64,000 bases of DNA from Candidatus Hydrogenedentota bacterium (lineage in GTDB: Bacteria > Hydrogenedentota > Hydrogenedentia > Hydrogenedentales > SLHB01), in contig JARKSN010000339.1 in NCBI GenBank assembly GCA_029974275.1, positions 17,233 to 81,232 on the forward strand. The letters are read 5' to 3'. Positions 41,053 to 51,092 of this stretch are shown in pieces (the first letter of the stretch is position 1; each line of letters starts with the position of its first letter). The notes beneath the pieces are model-generated. The model saw nothing but the letters and a program-made list of their open reading frames with translations, did no database searches and was not told the DNA's origin. Position numbers and translations under genes: made by a program.

Positions 41053-42328
41053 TATCCGGCGTCGTCATGACGTCCCCCGGTGAAGACGAAGCCGTCTTGG
41101 CGGGCGGAGGCGCTTCGGAGCCAGCGGGGGGAGCGGCGTTGTTTTCGTGTTCCTCGGCCGGTTTTTGATCGGCGGCGGGTTTCTTTTTCGATACGCGGGG
41201 GCCTCCTTGCCCGCGCGTTTTTTTCGCGGGCGTTTTGATCCGGCTTCGGTTTCTTGCCTCTGCGCGCGGCGGCTGGATGGGATGCGCCGCGATCCATGCG
41301 ACGATGGGTTCGAAGACCTCTTTGCGCCCCGCGCGGCTCATGGTCAAGTCCACGTGGTTGTAATCGGCTGCGTGGCCATAACGCTTTCCCAGGACAAGCA
41401 GGCGCTTGTCGGGGTTGGAGATCGCCTCGAAAAAGGCCTCCGCGCGCGACGTCGGGATGAAGCTGTCGTTTGCGCCGAAGATAGCGAAAAGCGGCGTTTC
41501 CAGCGCATCGAGTCGTCCTGCGACGTCCACCGCGCCCCGGTCCATGATCCAGTTTTTGGTGGCGGCGATGGTGGCGAGGTCATGCGCGACATGGGGGGGC
41601 GTGATCTCGAGCAGATGAAAGAAGGCGGCTGTGTCCATGCGCGGGTGAACGTTTTCCCAGTTGATGGGCAGCACGCCGAACCTTGGCTTTGAAAACTTCA
41701 ACAAGGGGCTGCCCGCCCGCGCCACGGCTTCCACAAGAGCACGCGACGATCGCAGCATCGCTAGCGTTACGGCGGGGTAGCGGAAGTTGACGCCCTGGAA
41801 TCCTGGAGGGGCGCCCAGGGTCGTGCCGCTGGCAAGGGCCTCGGCGCCGTAGGTGAGGTCAAATGCATACAACAGCATTCCGCCCATGGAATGGCCCACC
41901 CAATGGATTTTCCCGTATCCGGTGGCGTTGCGGATGAAGTCCACGACGGCAGGCAAGTCTTGCAAGAGGTAATCGTCGAATTCGGGATCGTTGCGCGTTC
42001 GGCCAAAAGGCGGTTCTGAACTCCGATACCCGCGCAGTTCGACCATCCAACAGTCATACCCGGCCTCGACGAGCGTCGTCATCAGCGACGCGCCGCGCGG
42101 AAACTGAAAGTTGAAGCGGTTGGACCCGGCGCTGTGACACAAAAGAACCGGCTCGCCTTCTCCGCCCGCGGGGCGCTTGCGATAGAGCCGAATTTTCCAG
42201 AGGTCCGGCGTCGTCACGACATAGATTTCATCTTCTTCGATCGGTTCCGGGTAGCGCGTCAACAGCACGACCCAGTACCCGTACGCCAACAAGGCCAGTC
42301 CGCCGATGATAAATGCCGCGGTAAGCAT
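41045..42328 (-). CDS. Alpha/beta hydrolase (lipase/PHA-synthase-like fold)
   Basis: N-terminal TM, GHSMGG nucleophile elbow, GAND, YNHVDL; basic low-complexity tail. Confidence 0.85.
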   Translation of the reverse strand: MLTAAFIIGGLALLAYGYWVVLLTRYPEPIEEDEIYVVTTPDLWKIRLYRKRPAGGEGEPVLLCHSAGSNRFNFQFPRGASLMTTLVEAGYDCWMVELRGYRSSEPPFGRTRNDPEFDDYLLQDLPAVVDFIRNATGYGKIHWVGHSMGGMLLYAFDLTYGAEALASGTTLGAPPGFQGVNFRYPAVTLAMLRSSRALVEAVARAGSPLLKFSKPRFGVLPINWENVHPRMDTAAFFHLLEITPPHVAHDLATIAATKNWIMDRGAVDVAGRLDALETPLFAIFGANDSFIPTSRAEAFFEAISNPDKRLLVLGKRYGHAADYNHVDLTMSRAGRKEVFEPIVAWIAAHPIQPPRAEARNRSRIKTPAKKTRGQGGPRVSKKKPAADQKPAEEHENNAAPPAGSEAPPPAKTASSSPGDVMTTPDIR

Positions 42329-42330
42329 CG

Positions 42331-44256
42331 TCAGCCTTTCTCCTTCCCCGGCGCGGTCTCTGTATGCACCAGATGATCCTTAACCACTTTCGCCCGGGCA
42401 ATGTCAAATCCCGGCGTTGCGGCAAGGGCTTCCAGCGAGGCGCCGGCGATTGCCGCGACCGATCCGAAGGCCGTCAACAGGGCCTTGGCGCGTTTGGGGC
42501 CGATGCCCGGCACGTCGAGCAGCGGCGATCGCAGCGTGGCGCGGTCGCGGCGTTTCCGGTGATAGGCGACGGCGAGACGGTGGGCTTCGTCGCGGATGCG
42601 CGCCAAGAAGAGAACCACCGGCGAATGTTGCGGCAACACGATCGGGTCCTTGCGCCCCGGCGCGAAAAAACGCTCCGGCGAATGGAGCCCTCCGTCGAGC
42701 GCGCGCGATTTCGCGATGCTGATGACATCGAGATTGGCGATGCCGAGATCGCGCAACGCCGTCGTTGCGACATGCAACTGGCCCTTGCCGCCGTCGATAA
42801 GCACGAGATCGGGCAGGTCGTTTTCTTCGATCGCCCGCCGGAATCGCCGCAACAACACCTCGCGCATCATCGCGAAATCGTCCTGGCCCTTCACCTGTTT
42901 GATCGAGAAACGGCGGTATCGCGCCGTGCATGGGGCTGCGCCTTCGAACACAGCCATCGATCCCGTCGGCTTGACTCCTTGGAGGGTCGAGATGTCGAAG
43001 CACTCGATGCGCTGCGGCGCTTTGGAAAGCGATAGTTTTTCGCGGATTTGATCGAGCAGATCGGCGTTTGCCTTTTCCGCAAGACGTTTTTTCTCGAAAT
43101 TGCTTTGGGCATTGCGCCCGGCGAGGTCGATGAGCGCCCTTTTCTCGCCGCGCAGTGGAGCCGCTACGGAGACCTTCGCGCCGCGCAGTTCCGAGAGAAT
43201 TTCCTCGAGGGTTTTGGCGTCGTCCAACGGCATGGGCGTCAATATTTCCGGGGGCAGGCTGGGCGCTTCCGAATAGTGCTGCAGCAGGAAAGAGCTCAGG
43301 GTTTCTTCGATCGGCATTTCCCGGCGGTTGAACGAGACCGAGCGCCCTCCCTGCAAACTGCCGCCGCGAAAGAACAGGATTTGTATTTCGCTGAATCGCC
43401 CGTGCGCGTAGATGCCGATGACGTCGCGGTCGGCTCCGCCCGCGGCCTGGACAGTGCGCTGCCGTTCCAGCGTTTTGCGCAGGGAATCCAGGCGGTCGCG
43501 CCACACGGCCGCCTTCTCGAATTCAAGGCGATCGGCGAGTTCCTTGATCTGGCGGCGCATGCGTCGCTCGACGTCCGCGCTACGTCCTTCCAGGACGGTC
43601 GCCACGTGTTCGGCGATCTCGCGGTGCTCCTCCTGGGTGATGTAGCCGACACAGGGCGCGGCGCATTGTTTCATCTGATAATACAGGCATGGCCGCGTCC
43701 GATTTCTGAGGGTTGCGTCCGAACAAAGCCGCAACGGGAAGATGCGCTGCAACTGCTTCATGGTTTCGCGCACGGCTTGCGCGTTCGCATAGGGCCCGAA
43801 ATAGGTTGCGCCGTCCTTGCGCGGTTTTCGCGTGACGGTCAGTCGGGGAAAATCATGGCGCCGATCGAGCCGCAAGCTGACGTAGGTTTTGTCGTCCTTG
43901 AGATGGACGTTGTAGCGCGGTCGGTGTTTCTTGATGAGGCTGTTCTCGAGAAGAAGCGCCTCTTTTTCGGTCGCGGTGACAAGGAAGTCGATGCGCGCAA
44001 CGCGTTGCATCAGAAACTTGACGCTGTACCGGCTGTCCCGCTCGGTGATATAGGCTCGCACGCGGGCGCGCAGGTTCTTCGCCTTGCCGACGTAGATGAC
44101 GTGGCCGCGTTCATCTTCCATCAGGTAGCAGCCGCATTCCGTCGGAACCCGCGCGATGTCGAAGGAAGCGAGAAACGCCTCCGGACTGACGCGCTCCGAA
44201 GGCCGTCCGGCGATGTCAATGCGTTCCCAGCCTGTTGCGATCTCTGTCGTGTCCAT
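42331..44256 (-). CDS. uvrC: Excinuclease ABC subunit C
   Basis: GCY...IYVGKAKNLR, PRYN..LKDDK, IECFDIS, LIDGGKGQ, RDEAHR, HhH GIG. Confidence 0.97.
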   Translation of the reverse strand: MDTTEIATGWERIDIAGRPSERVSPEAFLASFDIARVPTECGCYLMEDERGHVIYVGKAKNLRARVRAYITERDSRYSVKFLMQRVARIDFLVTATEKEALLLENSLIKKHRPRYNVHLKDDKTYVSLRLDRRHDFPRLTVTRKPRKDGATYFGPYANAQAVRETMKQLQRIFPLRLCSDATLRNRTRPCLYYQMKQCAAPCVGYITQEEHREIAEHVATVLEGRSADVERRMRRQIKELADRLEFEKAAVWRDRLDSLRKTLERQRTVQAAGGADRDVIGIYAHGRFSEIQILFFRGGSLQGGRSVSFNRREMPIEETLSSFLLQHYSEAPSLPPEILTPMPLDDAKTLEEILSELRGAKVSVAAPLRGEKRALIDLAGRNAQSNFEKKRLAEKANADLLDQIREKLSLSKAPQRIECFDISTLQGVKPTGSMAVFEGAAPCTARYRRFSIKQVKGQDDFAMMREVLLRRFRRAIEENDLPDLVLIDGGKGQLHVATTALRDLGIANLDVISIAKSRALDGGLHSPERFFAPGRKDPIVLPQHSPVVLFLARIRDEAHRLAVAYHRKRRDRATLRSPLLDVPGIGPKRAKALLTAFGSVAAIAGASLEALAATPGFDIARAKVVKDHLVHTETAPGKEKG

Positions 44257-44302
44257 ACGCGCGTAAGGATAGCATGGATGGGCCCAGACGGGCACGGCAA
44301 GG

Positions 44303-46021
44303 CTATTCTTCCGGATTGGGAGAGAAGGAAGCGTCGCGGTCGTTGACCGTGAGGAGTTCGCCGAAATAGGCGTCATTGCGGAAACACAGACGAATGCGGC
44401 GGTGACACACGCTGCAACTGAACGCGTCGCCCACTTTCGCGCCGCTGGGCGTGGGAAGGTAGGTGCTGCAGAAGGGGCAGGCGATGCTTTTTTCTTCCTT
44501 CTTGAAATACTCCTGCAAGATGCGGTCGATGCGACCCTCGCGATAGGCCGTGAGCAACGCATCCACGCAAGCCGGGTCGAACTGCGTGTTTTTGCCCCGC
44601 TCCAATTCGGCCAGAGCGATCTCCGGATCGAGCCCCTTGCGATACGGGCGGTTGCTCGTCATTGCGTCGAACGTGTCCGCCACCGCCAGCAACCTTCCCT
44701 CGAGCGGGATGTTCTCGCCCGCCAAGCCAAACGGATACCCGTTGCCATCGTAGCGCTCGTGATGATACAGCGCATACGGAATCAACGGCGCGAGGCTCTC
44801 CACGTCCTGCATGAGCCGCGCCCCCCGTTCCGGATGCACTTTCATCTGCGCGAACTCGTCCTCCGCAAGGCCGCCCGGCTTGCGCAACACCGCGTCCGGA
44901 ACGGCGATCTTGCCGATGTCGTGCAACACGCCGCCCATCTGGCATACGCGAAGACGCTCTTCGTCCCAGCCCAGCGTTCGCGCCATTTCCGCCGCGAAAT
45001 TCGTGACGCGCCACGTATGTCCGACGGTGTAATGATCGCGCAGTTCGATCGCATTGGCGAGGACCACGAGCGTGTCTTGATAGGCCCGTTCCACGCGCGC
45101 CACATACTGCGCGTTCTTGATGGCGATGCTGGCCGGAGCCGCCAGCGCGCTCAACAACTGTAGATCGCTGTCGGCGAAGGCATTGCGTGCGCCGCGCGTA
45201 TCCACATAGATCACGCCCAACGTTTCGTGCTGATGCATCAGGGGGACGCACATGGCCGATGCGATGTTTTGCGCGATGATGCTCGCGCCCGACTCGAAGC
45301 GATCGTCGTTGGCGGCGTTGTGTGTGAGGACCGCCTCGGCGCGTTCCAGGGCCCGCGACACGATGGTCGTGCTGACCACGACGGGGCCTCCCTCGCCGGA
45401 ATGAACGTATTCGGTGACGATTTCCCCGGTCCGGTCGTCCTTGAGCAGAATGACTCCATTGTGCGCCGGCACGAGCGACAAGACCTGTTCCATCACGCGC
45501 GCGAACAACCGCTTCAGATCGCGTTCGCTGGAGATGATCTGGTTCGCCTCGTAAATCGCCGCCAGCCGTTTCTGCATGCGCCGGATCGGCAGCGTGTCCT
45601 CCGATTCCCGCGGCGCTTCGAACAGGGTTTTGTGCAAGTTCTCCGCCGCCTGCGCATGCAACGCGCCCGATCGGACTTCGTCGTGCTGAAACCGGATGGC
45701 GGTATCGCGCCCCCGGGGTTCCACATCTTTTTCGGCCACTTCATACCGGAGTTCCGCCGGTCCGATGCGGATGATATCTTGCGGGGTCAGGCGATATTCC
45801 AGAATGCGGCGATTGTCGACGTACGTGCCATTGCCGCTGCCCAGGTCTCGAATGATGGTGCCGTTTGGCGTTTGCTGAATGACGGCATGTTTTCGGGAGA
45901 CCTGCAAATCGTTGAGTTGGAGGCGGTTTTCCGGGCTTCGACCAATGCTCAACGAGCCGATCAACTCGAACTCTTCGCCTTGGCCGGGGCCGTGCGTCAC
46001 CACGATACGCTCGCGTTTCAT
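44303..46021 (-). CDS. FHA-GAF-HD-GYP cyclic dinucleotide phosphodiesterase with C-terminal Zn ribbon
   Basis: IGRS..VSRKH..DLGSGNGT (FHA), SAMCVPL..IYVD (GAF), LHDIGK, HHERYDGNGYP, CPFC...CSVC. Confidence 0.92.
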   Translation of the reverse strand: MKRERIVVTHGPGQGEEFELIGSLSIGRSPENRLQLNDLQVSRKHAVIQQTPNGTIIRDLGSGNGTYVDNRRILEYRLTPQDIIRIGPAELRYEVAEKDVEPRGRDTAIRFQHDEVRSGALHAQAAENLHKTLFEAPRESEDTLPIRRMQKRLAAIYEANQIISSERDLKRLFARVMEQVLSLVPAHNGVILLKDDRTGEIVTEYVHSGEGGPVVVSTTIVSRALERAEAVLTHNAANDDRFESGASIIAQNIASAMCVPLMHQHETLGVIYVDTRGARNAFADSDLQLLSALAAPASIAIKNAQYVARVERAYQDTLVVLANAIELRDHYTVGHTWRVTNFAAEMARTLGWDEERLRVCQMGGVLHDIGKIAVPDAVLRKPGGLAEDEFAQMKVHPERGARLMQDVESLAPLIPYALYHHERYDGNGYPFGLAGENIPLEGRLLAVADTFDAMTSNRPYRKGLDPEIALAELERGKNTQFDPACVDALLTAYREGRIDRILQEYFKKEEKSIACPFCSTYLPTPSGAKVGDAFSCSVCHRRIRLCFRNDAYFGELLTVNDRDASFSPNPEE

Positions 46022-46466
46022 GTTCGACAGCCCCTTTGTTTCGTTCCTTCCAAAAAACGAGGACAATCATGACGGACGCGCCGGAAAATTACGATACAAC
46101 GCACTTATATAGCATATTTAGCGCCGGATTGGTAGACCATCGAGGATTGCGTCACGCCCCTTCGCGTCACAATGCCAAGCGAAATGGCGCCCGAAAATGG
46201 TCATCGTGGATGTTTTGGGAGGGAACCCTTCCCGCACAGAGACCGGGCGCAAAGAGGGGAAATTTCTGATCTTCCCCCTCTTGTTTCCTCGCGGGGGCGT
46301 GCGCTAGGATACGCGCGGCTGTAGAGTCGGCCAAGTCGTTGGACGTTCGTTTCGGATATTTTTTCAGGGTGTTGCGTTCAGGCTCTCGACTGCTTTGGCA
46401 GTATACAGGCGGCAAGGGCAAACAAGGCGTTGCCGGCGGAGCGGCGGCCGCGCGGGAGAAGAAGGG

Positions 46467-47468
46467 ATGGCGAAGCACGTGGATGTAGTTCTGCCTGAGA
46501 AAAAGGGGTCTTGGCTGACGTATCGGCCGGACATCAAGGTATTGGATTGCACGATTCGGGACGGGGGGTTGGTCAACAGCTGCCGGTTCAACGACGATTT
46601 TGTCCGCGCGATTTATCAGGCGTGCGTGGCCGCCGGGGTGGACTACATGGAGATGGGCTACAAGGGTTCGAAGGATGCCTATCCCCCGGCGGAGTATGGT
46701 TGTTGGAAACACTGCAGTGAAGCCGATTTGCGCCGGATTGTCGGCGATAACGACGCGGACCTGAAGTTGTCGGTCATGGCGGACGTAGGGCGCACGGACT
46801 ATCATACGGATATTTTGCCGAAGGACCAGAGCGTGATCGACATGATCCGCGTGGCGACGTACATCCATCAGATTCCTTCCGCGGTGGACATGATCAAGGC
46901 CTGTCACGATAAGGGTTACGAGACCACGCTCAATCTGATGGCGATCTCTGTCGTGCACGAGCAGGAATTGGAAGAGGCGCTCGAGATTCTTTGCCAGACC
47001 GAGGTGGGCGTGATATACCTCGTCGACAGTTTCGGTTCACTCTACTCGGAAGAGGTCCAAGCGTTGACGCGCAAATATCTGAAGTACGCCTGGGCGTCGG
47101 GCAAGCAGGTGGGCATCCACACGCACAACAACCAGCAGCTTGCCTATGCCAACACGATCGAGGCGCTCATTCTGGGCGCCAGTTATCTCGACGCCACCGT
47201 GTCGGGTCTTGGGCGCGGCGCGGGCAATTGCCCGACGGAGCTGCTGCTGGGCTTTTTGAAGAACCCGAAATTTCGCGTGCGTCCCATCCTGCAATGCATT
47301 CAGGAGCATATCGTGCCGCTGCGCAAGGAAATTTCCTGGGGATACGACATTCCCTACATGATCACCGGCCAATTGAACATGCATCCGCGATCGGCCATCT
47401 CGTTTCTGGATGGCGCTACGCCGACCGATTATGTCGCCTTCTACGATTCCGTGACCACGGAAGAATAA
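46467..47468 (+). CDS. DRE-TIM metallolyase (HMGL-like; 4-hydroxy-2-oxovalerate aldolase-like)
   Basis: LDCTIRDGG, VDSFGS, HTHNN, GLGRGAGN. Confidence 0.88.
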   Translation: MAKHVDVVLPEKKGSWLTYRPDIKVLDCTIRDGGLVNSCRFNDDFVRAIYQACVAAGVDYMEMGYKGSKDAYPPAEYGCWKHCSEADLRRIVGDNDADLKLSVMADVGRTDYHTDILPKDQSVIDMIRVATYIHQIPSAVDMIKACHDKGYETTLNLMAISVVHEQELEEALEILCQTEVGVIYLVDSFGSLYSEEVQALTRKYLKYAWASGKQVGIHTHNNQQLAYANTIEALILGASYLDATVSGLGRGAGNCPTELLLGFLKNPKFRVRPILQCIQEHIVPLRKEISWGYDIPYMITGQLNMHPRSAISFLDGATPTDYVAFYDSVTTEE

Positions 47469-47517
47469 TCTTCTTTTCGGGACCGCGCATCCGCGGAACC
47501 AAGGAAATGTCCTCTCC

Positions 47518-47553
47518 AAGAGGCCTCAGGCGTATGGCCTGGGGCCTCTTTCT
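47518..47553 (+). terminator. Hairpin terminator after aldolase
   Basis: AAGAGGCCTCAGGC/GCCTGGGGCCTCTT stem. Confidence 0.65.
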
Positions 47554-47598
47554 GTGTGCGCTAAAGCAATCGTCCGATTGCACCGATAAATCCGATAG

Positions 47599-47814
47599 AA
47601 CGCCGACCACGATTTCGACAAGCTCTTGCTGCTCAAAGGGGATGGTTCCGTCACCACCCTGCGCGATGCCAATATCGCCTCGTTGAGCCTATTCTATCGC
47701 AACGTCGCCATGAGCGCATCCGGCGGCAATGGCATCGGGCAGATCGCGTCCTACACGCGCAGCGACGGGTCGGAAGGGCTTGCCGTTGACTCGATTCTCA
47801 AATTCCTGGCATAG
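47599..47814 (+). pseudogene. Orphan C-terminal gene fragment (Ca-binding/RTX-associated-like)
   Basis: NADHDFDKLLLLKGDG...IASLSL...GNGIGQIASYTRSDGSEG..VD* with in-frame stop upstream and no RBS/ATG. Confidence 0.5.
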
Positions 47815-47983
47815 CCGGATTCTCCCCCCCCTCCCTCCCCCCAAGAACATATTGCCTCGACGGTGCCGTCGCGGAATGCGGGGCGGATGGGCCGTGTTGC
47901 CTCGTACAAGCGCATAGATTATGGTTTGTCGGCACAGGTTCAGACGTTGCGTGGCGCGATGCGTTGTTATGCGAGAGGATTGT

Positions 47984-48706
47984 ATGCACACCAAACGCAC
48001 CATCATTGAAATAGACGAAATTCTTTGCAACGGTTGCGGCAAATGCGTGCCGGCATGTCACGAGGGAGCCATTGAGATTGTTGATGGCAAGGCGCGTCTC
48101 GTTGCGGAGAAGTTCTGCGATGGACTGGGGGCGTGTCTTGGCGATTGTCCGACGGGCGCCTTGCGGATTGTCGAACGCGCGGCGGAATCGTTTGACGAGA
48201 AGGCCGTCGAGGCGCATCTTCGGTCCGCTTCAGCCCGCAGGGAGCCCGAGTCGGCCTGTCCGTCCGCGCGCGTACAGGTGTTCGATCGCGCCGAGGGGCC
48301 GGCGCGGCGCGATGCTGCGGACATTCCATCCGCGTTGAGTCATTGGCCCATCAAGATACGGTTGGTTCCTCCGGATGCGCCGTTTTTACAGAACGCGCAT
48401 CTTGCGGTCACCTCGGATTGCGTGCCTTTCGCCTATGCGGCGTATCACGAGGAATTTTTGCGGGGCAAGGTCGCCTTGGTCGGATGTCCGAAATTTGACG
48501 ACCCCGAGGCGTATACGCTGCGTTTTGCGGACATGTTCTCCCAATCTTCCATTCGCGGCGTGACGGTGATCGTGATGCAGGTGCCGTGTTGCCAAGGACT
48601 TCCTGTCATCATTCGCAACGCCATGGCGATGGCAGGCGTCCGGATTCCCGCAGACACGATCGTCGTGGGGCTAGACGGCAAGGTGCTGGCGCGTCAAGTC
48701 CTATAA
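47984..48706 (+). CDS. 4Fe-4S dicluster protein
   Basis: CNGCGKCVPAC, CDGLGACLGDCP, WPIK, GCPKFD, VPCC. Confidence 0.92.
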   Translation: MHTKRTIIEIDEILCNGCGKCVPACHEGAIEIVDGKARLVAEKFCDGLGACLGDCPTGALRIVERAAESFDEKAVEAHLRSASARREPESACPSARVQVFDRAEGPARRDAADIPSALSHWPIKIRLVPPDAPFLQNAHLAVTSDCVPFAYAAYHEEFLRGKVALVGCPKFDDPEAYTLRFADMFSQSSIRGVTVIVMQVPCCQGLPVIIRNAMAMAGVRIPADTIVVGLDGKVLARQVL

Positions 48707-48908
48707 CCCGCATTTTCCGCCCTGCACGATAACACGTCGGAAAAAACGCTTTCTCCTGGCTGTCTTGGCGGGAGGAATCCGGCGGCGCGGCGGCGTGATT
48801 TGCCATAACTCCATGCGTTACAATATTCTTGATTCGAGTGGAACTGCGTGCTAGCATGGTTATGGTGTGAGGGAAGGGCAACGCTGACCAGCAGGTCGAG
48901 GCGGTGAT

Positions 48909-49532
48909 ATGGCAGATATGAAGAACAAAGTGTTTACGAGCGGAGAAGTGGCGCACATATGTGGTGTTTCTCCCGACACGGTTTCGAGGTGGTTTGACCT
49001 AGGTCAGATCGAGGGGTATCGGCTCGGTCCGGGCGGAGACCGCCGCATACCATACGAGAGTTTGCGGCGCTTTATGTTGAGCCATGGAATTCCATTGGCG
49101 CGCCTGGAGGAGGGCGAGCAGCGCATTTTGGTGGTGGACGACGATCCCTATTATTTGGACACGATTCCCGCTGCGTTGGCGAAAAACGGCAATTATGAAA
49201 TATATACGGCATCGACTGGATTCGATGCGGGCGCGCAGGTGGTGGAGCACAATCCCCACCTGATTATTCTCGACATTCACCTTTCCGACATGGATGGACG
49301 CATGGTTGCGGAGCGCGTGAAATCCCGTCCGGAGACCCGCAGTACGCGCATTCTCGCCATTTCCGGTTATTTGGACGAGGAGGCGGCCTCTGGGTTGGCC
49401 GACTATGGTTTTGATCACTATCTCAAGAAACCCTTCCATATTGCCGAGCTGTTTGATTGCGTGAAGGATCTTCTCGAAATGCCGGCGGGGCGCGTCGCCA
49501 AACCCAAGCGTTCGTCGCTGACGGGGGAATAG
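48909..49532 (+). CDS. Response regulator with N-terminal excisionase-like HTH
   Basis: FTSGEVAHICGVS..TV.RW..GGDRRI; ILVVDDD, ILDIHL, KP. Confidence 0.9.
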   Translation: MADMKNKVFTSGEVAHICGVSPDTVSRWFDLGQIEGYRLGPGGDRRIPYESLRRFMLSHGIPLARLEEGEQRILVVDDDPYYLDTIPAALAKNGNYEIYTASTGFDAGAQVVEHNPHLIILDIHLSDMDGRMVAERVKSRPETRSTRILAISGYLDEEAASGLADYGFDHYLKKPFHIAELFDCVKDLLEMPAGRVAKPKRSSLTGE

Positions 49533-49610
49533 GGGCCGGTTTTTGGGGGCTTGCCGGGGAAGGAACGCCGCCGGATCGCGAGAGTGGCGGGCGGCATGCG
49601 CAGGAGGGGC

Positions 49611-50189
49611 ATGGCCTATTCGCAAAATCTTGTTGATGCGTTCGCGTTTGCTCATGATCTGCATCGCGCGCAGATGCGTAAGGGCGGGCGCGCGCCGTAT
49701 ATCACGCACTTGATGGCGGTGGCAGCTTTGGTCGGCGAGCATGGCGGCGCGGAGCCGCAGGTCATCGCAGCATTGTTGCACGATGCCGGGGAGGACCAGG
49801 GGGGGCAGGCGACGATTGCGACGATCCGGCATCGTTTTGGGGCGGAAGTGGCGGATTATGTGACGGCGTGCAGCGACACGCTCGAATCGCCCAAGCCCGA
49901 ATGGCGGCAGCGCAAGAAGCGTTTTCTAGCGTCGCTTGCGGGCGCCAGTCCCGGCGTGAAACTGATAGTCGCGGCGGATAAGCTCCACAACGCGCGCAGT
50001 CTTGCCAGTGAATTGCGTCATCAGGGCAATGCGCTGTGGAATCGGTTCAACGGCGGCCGCGAGGGGTCGCTTTGGGTGCTGGCCGAGTCCATGCGCGCGC
50101 TCGCCCAGGACTGGTCTCACCCCATTTTGCACGATTTGGCCGAAGCCGTCGATCGTGTCCATCGGCTTTCCGCCGAGTTTTCCGAGTGA
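49611..50189 (+). CDS. HD-domain small alarmone hydrolase (Mesh1/SpoT-HD-like)
   Basis: QMRKG..PYITH, AALLHDAGED, ADKLHNAR. Confidence 0.88.
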   Translation: MAYSQNLVDAFAFAHDLHRAQMRKGGRAPYITHLMAVAALVGEHGGAEPQVIAALLHDAGEDQGGQATIATIRHRFGAEVADYVTACSDTLESPKPEWRQRKKRFLASLAGASPGVKLIVAADKLHNARSLASELRHQGNALWNRFNGGREGSLWVLAESMRALAQDWSHPILHDLAEAVDRVHRLSAEFSE

Positions 50190-50209
50190 AACGTTTTCAT
50201 TTCGGAGGG

Positions 50210-50950
50210 CTACGAATGGCCGAGGGCTCGGCTCAGCGTTTCCACGAGCTTGGTCAACGCGGGGGCTACGATGACGGCGGGCAGCAGGTTGGCCGTGCGG
50301 ATGTTTTTGAGATCGAGCAGGCCCAATGCGATGGCGAGCAGTAGGACGCCGCCCGTAGCTTTCATTTCGATAATCCATGGCGTGGTTTCCGTGACGGATC
50401 CCATCGCCGTTCCCACCCCCATTGCGGCCAGGCTGATCCCTCCTTGGATGACGAAAATGGAGCCGATGGTGAGCAGCACGCCCGGTCCAAGCGCCGCCGC
50501 GAACACCAGCGACGCAAAGCCATCGAGCGCGCTTTTGATGGCGAGCAGTTTGTAGTCGCCGAGCAGTCCGTCTTGAATGCTGCCCAGGATGGTCAAGGGG
50601 CCGACGCAAAACACCAGGCTTGTCGTCACAAACGCGCGTGCGACGCTCCATCCCTCGACGGCATCGCCGCTCATGCTTGCGCCCAGTCGGCGTTCAGCCC
50701 AGGCGCCCAGACGGTCCATGCCGCGCTGGATGCGGAGTGTTTCGCCGACGAGGCCGCCGATGAGGACCGCGCCCATGGGAATGAGGATGTTGTGGGTGAC
50801 GATGGCCATGCTGATGGCGATAACGGCGGTGATCAGGCCGATGCCATTCATGACGGTTTCGCGAAAGCGCATCGGGATATGCCGGCCCGCGATGGTTCCA
50901 AGCAGGCCGCCCACCAGCACGGTGGCCATGTTGAGAAGGGTTCCGGTCAC
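50210..50950 (-). CDS. DUF554 membrane protein
   Basis: GTLLN, FCVGPLTILGSIQDGL, KSALD, NLLPA. Confidence 0.92.
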   Translation of the reverse strand: MTGTLLNMATVLVGGLLGTIAGRHIPMRFRETVMNGIGLITAVIAISMAIVTHNILIPMGAVLIGGLVGETLRIQRGMDRLGAWAERRLGASMSGDAVEGWSVARAFVTTSLVFCVGPLTILGSIQDGLLGDYKLLAIKSALDGFASLVFAAALGPGVLLTIGSIFVIQGGISLAAMGVGTAMGSVTETTPWIIEMKATGGVLLLAIALGLLDLKNIRTANLLPAVIVAPALTKLVETLSRALGHS

Positions 50951-51092
50951 GATAGGCCCCTCAACGCCGACGCGCGCTTAGCGTGTTTGGGTTTCGCATT
51001 CATACGATTTTCGCGGTGAGCGCCTTTTCATTTTCCGCTCGAACCATGCGTTTGCGAAAAATTTTCACGCGAGAATCCAAATGCGTTGCGAT

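Noticed and set aside
48909..49090. Excisionase indicating a prophage
   Set aside because: The HTH is fused to a receiver domain, a known regulator architecture; no phage genes around.
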